The translations under genes were made by a program, and so were the position numbers. From Paramicrosporidium saccamoebae KSL3 (taxonomy: Eukaryota; Fungi; Cryptomycota), in the NCBI GenBank assembly GCA_002794465.1, contig MTSL01000206.1:1-32000 (forward strand): a DNA stretch of 32,000 bases, given 5' to 3'. Below the pieces are notes generated by a model, which was given only the letters and a program-made list of their open reading frames with translations, ran no database searches and was not told the DNA's origin. Positions 10,677 through 19,508 of the stretch are shown here, piece after piece. The stretch's first letter is position 1, and each line of letters begins with the position of its first letter.

Positions 10677-10984
10677 ATCGTGTGGCTGTACATGTCAAGA
10701 ATAGTCATCGTACACTAAGGGCAGTGAGACTAAAGGGCCTGCCAGACTTGCCGCTGTTGTTGTAGCTCTTACGGGAAGAAGCGTACCTGTAATGAGCTGT
10801 AGTAAAACTTCCCAAGGTGGTGTATTCCTGACTTTATCTATTGGCTTATATTTTGTGTTTGTGAAACAGTTGTAATTCTAAATGCTCCCTATCAATAAAG
10901 ATTTGCAAGCTATTGTCTAATGAGTGCTATGTGCATTTGCTGAAGAATCCGGGGTGGAACACTCCAATCAGTTACTGTTGTCTC

Positions 10985-11030
10985 TAAATGTTCTATAAAT
11001 AGTCATTCGACACTTGGGGTCGAAACATCT
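10985..11030 (+). promoter_or_regulatory. Conserved family A promoter motif (AAATGTTCTATAAATAG...GGGGYCGAAAYATC)
   Basis: TATA-type core 61-85 nt upstream of the ATG in five copies (10994, 12110, 14175, 17269, 18493), plus a mutated version in the motif at 8851 upstream of A0. Confidence 0.65.
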
Positions 11031-11072
11031 ATCAAATAGAACACTGTCCCTGATGCCTCTGATATCCTTCTG

Positions 11073-11888
11073 ATGACATACTTGACATTCAGATTCTCCA
11101 AGGGTAGCGTGTTCGGTCCGAGATTGGTGCAGTTCCTCAGCTATGTAACTGATGCAGTCCTCCTCTTGCTGATGGCATGGAATGTCGGCAACCTATTCTA
11201 TCCGTTCTGGAGTACGGTCACACTCGTCTCCCTCTGGATCGGACTTGTTGTGCATCCATTCATCTTCTGGCTCGTCAAACGATTCCGTCTTCGCTCTGTA
11301 ATCGTCCCCAAATTCAAACTCATTGGGCCGGAACCGAAAGGTTATTACGAGCGCCTGAAATATCTCGGGTTCTTATACTCCGTCTGGGAGCGTTCCGATC
11401 ACTTGTGTCTGTCGTACTACTACTCACACGACGGATTCTTTTGCTCGAGGAAACGAGGTGCCTCTCGCTCATTTTATATGCACTGTAACACATTCCTGGG
11501 TTGGCTCACTGTCATACTCACAGATTTCATTCCGATAGCTGTGCTGATTGGATTCCTCTGTGCTGGCTATTTTCTTGGCATTGGCACTCTCATCTTCTTT
11601 TCCATGGGTCTCATTTTGGCATTCCAGCTGAAGGCTCTCTATTTCCGCTTTTATGAAGCCAGCCACGAGTGGAAAGACGAGATGGTTCTAGGTGAAAAGG
11701 TCCGCACTACCAAACATCTTGGATTGATGGCCTGCATACTGGAAGGACCGGATGGTGAGCTGTTCCTGGGGCTGGCCAAGTCTGTTGAATATGATCATTG
11801 TGTGAGATATTATTGGTTAACACCGCCGAGGGGGGGTGAATGCGAATGTTGTCCCTCTGCTTCACCTCTGCCTCGATTTAAAACATGA
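11073..11888 (+). CDS. Family A copy A1: unknown 4-TM protein, 271 aa
   Basis: Intact ORF, upstream TATA, AATAAA at 11926; conserved with three other intact paralogs; differences from A2 in the first 18 codons are all synonymous. Confidence 0.85.
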   Translation: MTYLTFRFSKGSVFGPRLVQFLSYVTDAVLLLLMAWNVGNLFYPFWSTVTLVSLWIGLVVHPFIFWLVKRFRLRSVIVPKFKLIGPEPKGYYERLKYLGFLYSVWERSDHLCLSYYYSHDGFFCSRKRGASRSFYMHCNTFLGWLTVILTDFIPIAVLIGFLCAGYFLGIGTLIFFSMGLILAFQLKALYFRFYEASHEWKDEMVLGEKVRTTKHLGLMACILEGPDGELFLGLAKSVEYDHCVRYYWLTPPRGGECECCPSASPLPRFKT

Positions 11889-12186
11889 TTTACCATAGGG
11901 AGCGCTTTCAGTATTAATACCCTTCAATAAATGCAGCATGCAAAGAGCCCAGTTTATTACAACGGAGAACCCGAATCAATACCAGTCGCCCAACCGCTGT
12001 TCTATAAAAAGCTGATTTTGGATACTAACAAACCTCATTCCACCTTGATTTTAACTATCGGAGTAGGCACGAATATGCCTCGACTAACAGGCATCCTTTT
12101 GTCGTTACCTATAAATAGTCATTCGACACTTGGGGTCGAAGCATCTATCAAATGGAACACTCCCTGATGCCCCCGATATCCTTCTG

Positions 12187-13008
12187 ATGACATATTTAAC
12201 ATTCAGATTCTCCAAGGGCAGTGTGTTCGGTCCAAGATTGGTGCAGTTCCTCAGCTATGTAACTGATGCAGTCCTCCTCTTGCTGATGGCATGGAATGTC
12301 GGCAACCTATTCTATCCGTTCTGGAGTACGGTCACACTCGTCTCCCTCTGGATCGGACTTGTTGTGCATCCATTCATCTTCTGGCTCGTCGAACGATTCC
12401 GTCTCCGCTCCGTCATCGTCCCCAAATTCAAACTCATTGGGCCGGAACCGAAAGGCTATTCTGAGCGCCTAAAGTATCTCGGGTTCTTATACTCCGTCTG
12501 GAAACTTTCCGATTCCTTGTGTCTGTCGTACTACTACGTAGAAGACGGATTCCTTTGCCCGGGGAAACGAGCTGCCTCTCGTGCATTTTATATGGATTGT
12601 AACCCGTTTCTGGGTTGGCTCATCGTCATACTCACAGATGCCATTCCGATAGCTGTGTTGATTGGATTCCTCTGTGCGGGCTATTTTCTTGGCATTGGCA
12701 CCCTAATCTTCTTTTCCATGGGCCTCATTTTGGCATTCCAGATGAAGGCTCTCTATTTCCGCTTTTATGAAGCCAGCCAAGAATGGGAAGACGAGATGGT
12801 CTTGGGTGAAAAGGTCCGCACTACCAAACATCTTGGATTGATGGCCTGCACACTGGAAGGATCGGATGGTGAGCTGTTCCTGAGTCTGGCCAAGTCTGTT
12901 GAATATGATCATTGTGTGAGATATTATTGGCTGACACCAGCAGGTGGATGCAAATACGAATGTGGATGTTGCCCTTCTGCTTCACCTCTGTCTCGATTTA
13001 AAGGATGA
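12187..13008 (+). CDS. Family A copy A2, 273 aa
   Basis: ATG at 12187 is homologous to the A1 start (the track's 12130 start is TTG); close tandem paralog of A1; AATAAA at 13046. Confidence 0.85.
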   Translation: MTYLTFRFSKGSVFGPRLVQFLSYVTDAVLLLLMAWNVGNLFYPFWSTVTLVSLWIGLVVHPFIFWLVERFRLRSVIVPKFKLIGPEPKGYSERLKYLGFLYSVWKLSDSLCLSYYYVEDGFLCPGKRAASRAFYMDCNPFLGWLIVILTDAIPIAVLIGFLCAGYFLGIGTLIFFSMGLILAFQMKALYFRFYEASQEWEDEMVLGEKVRTTKHLGLMACTLEGSDGELFLSLAKSVEYDHCVRYYWLTPAGGCKYECGCCPSASPLSRFKG

Positions 13009-13587
13009 TTTGTCGCGGAGAGTGCTTTCAATATCCCTATCATTTAATAAATACGATATGTATAGATTTAGTGTACTACAGCGGAAAATCTGAATTAATA
13101 TCAGTTATTTTACGCCTTTATATCGAAAAATTAAAGTCTCGGATACTAGCAAGCCTTATTCCGCCTCACTTTCGACTACTGAAACAGGCACAAGGCCAGT
13201 TTCGAGCACCCAGATTGGCGTTCCAAGAGCTGTTGCGTAATCTCAACGCATAAAGAGTTTTACAAAGGTGTACCATCCAAGCAACCTTTGAAATCACAAA
13301 TGACACACTAACAATCCTGAAATAGTAAAGATACAGGTCTCACTGCCTTTAATTAGCCGCTCCAAATATGTCACCTACAAACTAGCGTATCTTCTTCAAA
13401 GAGCATGACAATCAATCTACTATATCACATGGCCACGGTGCTAATGTGTAAAGTAGTGGAATGTTTATTATCAAATATCTTTTCTCCGGGATGGTGCCAA
13501 TGTGTCCAGACATTGAAGAGCCGACACTTCCGTTCCATAATTGCACAATTATCCAGCACCCAACTAGCCATTTCACTGCTTCACATA

Positions 13588-13820
13588 GTGGCCGTAATCT
13601 AGGAGGCCACTGATAACCGATGGCCAATAATAGCAATTTTATCTTTTTGATGTCGGACCATGAGCGGAAAGCCAAGAGACTAGCTATTGCCAGCTACTTA
13701 TTTGGGGGTGCTGCTCTTATTGGTACCGCTTGTACAAGCCGTGTGACTCGTAGGGTTTGGCTTTAGCGCATTCTCAGTATTCCGAATGATGCGGGCTAAT
13801 CATGCTGGTGACCCGATAAA
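13588..13820 (+). repeat. Duplicate of 8563-8825: last 12 codons of SPC105 plus downstream spacer
   Basis: GTGGCCGTAATCTAGGAGGCCACTGATAACC...TTTTATCTTTTTGATGTCGGACCATGA matches GTGGCCGCAATCCAGGAGGCCATCGATAATC...TTTTATCTTTTTGATGTCGGACCATGA. A distal anchor CTGGTGA(AT)CCCGATAA is also shared. Confidence 0.85.
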
Positions 13821-14258
13821 GTGCGTGTTCTGGCAGCGAGTCCGTGTCATTTCAAATGCACTTTCCATCTCTCTTCTAACACTTCCCTTGGTGCTTCCCT
13901 ACTTTTCAAATTCATTCATACTCTTCCGCACCACAACTAAAATTTAATTTCTAATCCGCCCTAATGAGCTGCTTACTTGGGACTAGCCGTCTCTAACGAC
14001 GACGCCATTCAACAGGCCGCCGACTCTTCGTCAATCGTGCGAATCAATAAAGCAATTGTAACGAGAATTTCATAGTTGGCCAGTCTTTGGATATCCACAG
14101 AACAGTATATCGTGCGCCTCTTGGACAGTTGGAGCCGGGGAACCTCGGCCAATCGAAACTAGCTTACCATGTTTTATTAATAGCCATCAAGCATTTTGGT
14201 CAGGGGAACATTTTTATTGGATGCCTCATCCTTGCTAGCCGTTCTGGCATCTCCACCG

Positions 14259-15080
14259 ATGACATACTTGAAATTCAAATCCTCCAAGAGTAGCCGGGTT
14301 ATTCCGGTACTTGTTCAGTGTCTCAGTGTGATCGCTGATACGCTCCTGCTCTTGCTCATGGGCTGGAACATTGTCAATCTGTTCTATCCTCTTTTTAGCT
14401 GGATCGCCATTACCCCCCTCTGGGTCGGTCTTATCATGCATTCGTACATCTTCTGGATCGTTGACCGCTTCAGACTCCGATCCTTTGTAGCTGCCAAACT
14501 CCGCCTCACTGACCAAACCACGTCGGAACAAGCCAGCCGCTTGAAACATTTGGGATTTCTGTATTCGGTATGGGGAAAGTCCGACTCTCTTGCCTTGGGA
14601 TATTACGACTGCTTAGATAGAGTTTACTGTCAAAAGAAACGTATTGCCATTCTACATTGTGAAAGCGACTATAACAAGTGGATAGGCTGGTTCGTTGTTT
14701 TGGTCACCGATGCCCTGCCGTTTGCTGTGCTTATGTCGTTGCTTTGTGCCGGCTACTTTCTTGGTATTGGCTCTGTCATATCCTTTGCAATGGGGCATAT
14801 CCTGGCTCTCCAAATACAGACTCTCCATTTTAGCATCCGGAAATCACATTATTACTGGAAAGAGGAAATGTTCTTTGGTGATAAAATGTGCAAGAGCAAA
14901 TCTCTTGGATGGATGACGTGCGTTTTAGAGGGACCCGACAGTGAGCTGTTCCTGACACTAATCAAAGTGGCCGAGTATGATCACTACGAAAGACAGCACT
15001 GGTTCAACTTGGCAAATTGGAAGGTGTGCGCATGCTGTACCTCAAATTCATGTGCTGCTCCCTCTGGGGAGAGTGTATGA
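14259..15080 (+). CDS. Family A copy A3, 273 aa
   Basis: MTYLKFKSSK start homologous to the other copies; keeps RLKHLGFLYSVW, VTDA, CVLEGPDSELFL, YDH and the CxCC tail; AATAAA at 15123. Confidence 0.85.
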   Translation: MTYLKFKSSKSSRVIPVLVQCLSVIADTLLLLLMGWNIVNLFYPLFSWIAITPLWVGLIMHSYIFWIVDRFRLRSFVAAKLRLTDQTTSEQASRLKHLGFLYSVWGKSDSLALGYYDCLDRVYCQKKRIAILHCESDYNKWIGWFVVLVTDALPFAVLMSLLCAGYFLGIGSVISFAMGHILALQIQTLHFSIRKSHYYWKEEMFFGDKMCKSKSLGWMTCVLEGPDSELFLTLIKVAEYDHYERQHWFNLANWKVCACCTSNSCAAPSGESV

Positions 15081-15959
15081 TGTATCATAGATCGATCCCC
15101 TACTGTACCGTCAATACCTTGAAATAAAGATGACTTTGTGTGTAATAGCGAACTTCTCGAGTTTCGGGTGCGGAGACACCTCAGCCGACACGGCCAAGAC
15201 GGTTAGAGGTGAGATCCCGCAATCTCTCTCGCAAAAAGCCCTAATATAACGCCGGCGATACCAATGTAGTATGCTGAATTTCCGAATCGGCACATTCGTT
15301 TCGGTAGTTCTAATAAACTAATCTTTTCGCTTTTAAAATGAGCATTCGAAATCCTTGCCGAGAGAGGCTTCTATTAGCCGAACGTTGTTGCCTTGGAGAA
15401 TACTTCCAAGACTGGTAGCGCCTCGACTCTCTACTGGCATTACCCTGCTATTACGACGATACTGAACATTACCACTATTTGGCCTCTAGTTAAGAAAATA
15501 CCGGATTATCCAAAACACTTTGTAATGGCGAAAATTATCAAATCCATTCTTGCAGCCGACTGCTCGGATATTACATTCATTGAACGATATTCCTAAGCAG
15601 CCCGAACGAGGATAAACTATTCATGCGCTAGACTTTTCCAGGCATCTAGAGCCTTGAAGCGACTGTAAATGCCTGAAAAGATCCAAGGCAAGCCTATACG
15701 CTTGAATTCCAATGTCTGCCGTAGTTGCTATTGTCGATTTGTAATCATTACTCGGCCGAGTGCTGGCTACAGGATCCATGGCTACATCCCGGGTGTTTCT
15801 GTGTTTTTGTAACCACGAAAGCACAGCATTCTCTTGACTGACTGCTTCTCGCGTTTCCAAACAAGACGGTCCAATTTAGTTCTGACGCTTGCAGAGTGCA
15901 CTGCGAGCAGCCCGAATATTAGAGCCGATGCACTCGGCACACTGGATGTGGTAGAAGGA

Positions 15960-16760
15960 TCTTCGAGTCCAGGAGCAAGATCGGAGGATTGAGCTCATAG
16001 GGCGTACGCATTTAGGTTACAAACCTCACAGTGGTTCCGGGCTTTGGGTACCCTTCGTCTCCAGCCATGCCAAGTGGTCCTCCAGCCCGGCGTCGCTTTT
16101 GGGCGCTGATAGCTACAAAGCTGACACTCTGTGGCGCTCCCTGGGGCAAACCAAGTACCAAGCTCGATCTCATCATCCGAACGCAGCACAAAAGCGTCAA
16201 TGTTCCCGCACTTTGCCTTGTGCTTGCCCTCGACCAGCCGATAGAATGCGTCCAAAAAGCAGTCCTGCCGGATGGTCGCATTGAAGCTCTTCTCTTTCCA
16301 CATCAAGCGGGTGATGTCGGCCAAATCACCACCCTCTATGGCACGGAAGAGTTTCAGCAGCACTGCCTGCTGGACGAACCATTCTCGACATTCGGCTACA
16401 TCGGAGGGGTCCGCAAAGATTAACAATGCGGGCTTTTCTCTGAAGCTCTTGTCTTCATCGAATGACAAGCCCAGCAGACACTCAGTTTTGAACTCCTCAA
16501 AACTGAGCCAAAGTCCGTTACTCGCCACCGTTTCAAAGACGGAAACGAAAGTAACGGGATGTTGGATGCGCTAATGCGTCCATACTGCTTAATAGCAGTG
16601 GATACGGCCTGGGTAAAGGTCATCCCATCCTTGAGGTCACCGTTTGGGTAAAACTTTTAGTAGTATTTACCAATGGCTATCCTCCGGCCATAAAGTACCA
16701 TCGATGACGGCCAGAATGCATACCAGCGGTGTTATCCTCTAAACTTTTTGGGGCTGCGAA
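15960..16760 (-). pseudogene. Family B copy B2, pseudogene
   Basis: Near-identical to B1 in the core, but with a premature TAA (16657-16659), a 13-nt deletion near 16530, a 147-nt in-frame deletion near 16220, a 1-nt deletion near 16007, and an eroded TM region. Confidence 0.88.
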
Positions 16761-17049
16761 GGAGAATACGGCCGGCTAGGTTGGTCAGTTACCAGGGAGG
16801 TAAAAGGGAATTTATAGGCTGGCTGGTTTCTACAATAAACGCCACAAATTCCAGTAATATTATTGGGCGATTCAATCGGCTAGATCCCTAACAATAACTG
16901 GATAATCTGTGTGAGAGGGCAAACGTATCTGTGATTGGTCAAATATAGTGGTGGCGACAGCCTTAATAGTCGTGGGATGTGCTTTACGACACAGGGTACG
17001 GGGAGACGGCAGGGTGGCTCGGTCATGAGCTTGTGGTTTGACTCTTCTG

Positions 17050-18530
17050 CTGTGAGTGAGTACAGAGCTTCCCGTTGAAGCAAAGTTCAATGCAAAGGAA
17101 TTACTTTGCCTGTTTAATGCATGATTTCATCATGAGAGTGAAAAGGAAAGCAATTATTAGTCTTCATTTTCAATCAGCTCTTTAATAGTGACAACTGGAT
17201 ATTCAATGTGCCTTCCGGACTGCCTGGGGTAGGGTACTCCAACCAGGTAACGTTGCTTCTAAATGTTCTATAAATAGCCATCCAACAAGTGGGGCCGAAA
17301 TATCATCTATTGGATCAGACATTGCTACTGACAACTCCGATCCCCTGCTGATAATGTACTTGACATTTAGACCCACCAAGGGAAGCATACTTATTCCCAA
17401 ACTGGTGCAGTTTCTTAGCTATTCAGCCGATGCACTTCTCGCATTGCTGATGGCATGGAGTATTGTCCATCTGTTCTATCCCATTTGGAGCTGGGCAACC
17501 TTTGCTTCTCTCTGGATCGGGATAGTCGTGCATCCATTCATCTTCTGGCTCATCATACGCTTCAAAATTCGTGCTTTCGTGATTTCCAGATATCCCTCCA
17601 TCGATCAGTACGCCTCTCCACCTGCGTTCCGCCTGAGACATCTTGGATTCTTCTTCTCAGTGTGGGAGTATCCTGATTCCTTGGTTCTAGCAGAGTACCA
17701 CGGACACGATATCCTATTCTGTTTGAAACAACAATATCCCCGCTTTTCATTTTCAACACAATACAAAAAGTGGGTGGGATGGCTCGTCGCATTATCCACT
17801 GATGCCCTTCTGGTGGCCTTGCTAGGTGGGCTATTGAGTGCTTGCTACTTTTACGGCATCGGCACAATTGTGTTCCTTGCAATGGGCGTCATCTTGGCTC
17901 TCCAAGTGAGGAGTCTCCGTTTCCGCTTCAGCAAGTCCCATTATCAGTGGAGGGATGAAATGTTCTTTGCTGATAAGATGTGCAAGACCAAGCCTCTTGG
18001 CTTGCTGACATGCATCCTGGAGGGACCTGATGGCGAGCTGTTCCTGACTTCCCCCGCGGTGGTATGGTTTGACCATTATAGAAGAAAGCATTGGATCTTA
18101 AGGGAAGCGGAGTTCTTATGTAAGTGCTGCCACCCGGCTCCCCTCCCCGGTCCACCTGAAAATGCTGTATGATGATTGATTACCCGTTTATTAGCTATTG
18201 CAGTGGACATTCAATAAAAAGCTCTACTAGGTATCTACCTCATGAGCAATGCTGCTGAGAGGCAAAGGTTCTTTAGTTGTGAGTCAATATGAAATTTCCC
18301 GTTGAGGCAAAGTCCCATGCAAGGAAATTAATTTGCCTGCTCGGTACATGAGCTCACCATGAGAGTAAAAGGGAAAGTAATTATTAGTCTTTATTTTCAA
18401 TCAGCTCTTTAATGGTCGCAACTGGCCATTCAATGTGCTTTCTGGACTGCCTGGGATAGGGCACTCTCGGTTCATTCTGCCCCTAGATGTTCTATAAGTA
18501 TTCATCCAACAGGTGGGCCGAAACATCACC
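17050..18530 (+). repeat. Duplicated upstream spacer of A4 (about 17050-17300) and A5 (about 18277-18530)
   Basis: Shared tracts TTCCCGTTGARGCAAAGT, CATGAGAGT, ATTATTAGTCTTYATTTTCAATCAGCTCTTTAAT and GGACTGCCTGGG define a tandem unit of about 1.2 kb. Confidence 0.85.
17354..18172 (+). CDS. Family A copy A4, 272 aa
   Basis: Intact ORF MYLTFRPTKGS...RLRHLGFFFSVW...STDA...CILEGPDGELFL...CKCC; TATA at 17269; AATAAA at 18213. Confidence 0.85.
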   Translation: MYLTFRPTKGSILIPKLVQFLSYSADALLALLMAWSIVHLFYPIWSWATFASLWIGIVVHPFIFWLIIRFKIRAFVISRYPSIDQYASPPAFRLRHLGFFFSVWEYPDSLVLAEYHGHDILFCLKQQYPRFSFSTQYKKWVGWLVALSTDALLVALLGGLLSACYFYGIGTIVFLAMGVILALQVRSLRFRFSKSHYQWRDEMFFADKMCKTKPLGLLTCILEGPDGELFLTSPAVVWFDHYRRKHWILREAEFLCKCCHPAPLPGPPENAV

Positions 18531-18553
18531 CATCGGAGCATATTCTCTTACTA

Positions 18554-19108
18554 ATGATGTACTCGACGTTCAGACCCACACAGGGAAGTGTGCTTATTCC
18601 AAAACTGGTGCAGTTTCTCAGTTATGCAGCCGATCAAATTCTCTTTTTACTGATGATATGAAATCTTATCAATCTGTTCCCTCCCATTTGGAGCTAGGCC
18701 ACTTTTGCTTCTCTCTGGATCGGATTAGTCGCGCATCCGTTCATTTTCTGGATCATCGAACACTTCAAGATTCGTGTTTTCGTAGTCACCAGACACCCCT
18801 CCATTGATCAGTATGCCTCTCCACCTACGTTTCGCCTGAGGCATCTTGGATTTCTCTACTCAGTGTGGGAGTATTCCGATTCCCTGACCCTGGCGTACTA
18901 TCACGAATACGATGTCGTCTTTTGCTTGAAACAACAATATCTCCCCCTCATGTTCTCAACGCAATATAGAAAGTGGGTGTGATAGCTCTTCTCGTTATCC
19001 ACCGATGCTATTCTGACATGTTTAATAATTGAATTGCTCGGCGCTTGCTACTTTCACGGCATCGGCACAATTGTGTTCTTTGCGATGGGTCCCATCTCGG
19101 CATTCCAG
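18554..19108 (+). pseudogene. Family A copy A5, pseudogene
   Basis: Colinear with A4 but with in-frame stops at 18659, 18695, 18980 and 18983; similarity ends after TM4 (AFQ); TATA reads TATAAGTA. Confidence 0.9.
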
Positions 19109-19508
19109 TCTGACAGAAACATGGGCGCCGCAATGGGCTTTTCCGCATCTTAGAGTCACCCGACAAACCTACGACACCAGCAACGACAGAGGAGAAATCG
19201 TTTGCGCCAAAGGAACAACGAGCATTGACTCAAAGTACCATAAGAAGCAGGACACGAGAGTAAATCTCAGTCCAACTATTACTTGTCACATGTACTCTTG
19301 GGAAGCACCAATGCCGAGTCCTACTGGACAATGGCGCTAGTCAAGCTTCGTGTTTTACAATTAGCGCCAGCACGCGAAATCGACTCGGCAGCCAAAATAC
19401 ATTTAGCATTTAGTACGTGCGATTCTGTGCTATCACTGGTACTGGCCAGGCCCTCTCACTCGACAATGAGTAAAAATCAATAATCCTTTAAATTTAATTA
19501 CTTTATCT

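Noticed and set aside
18554-19108. RIP-like mutagenesis of A5 (TGG to TAG stops)
   Set aside because: Only two of the four stops fit TpG to TpA, there is no obvious AT enrichment, and near-identical A1/A2 are intact; ordinary decay explains it.
19140-19500. ORFs 19029-19340 and 19283-19483 upstream of pyruvate kinase
   Set aside because: Non-ATG start or chimeric with the A5 pseudogene; no motif support.
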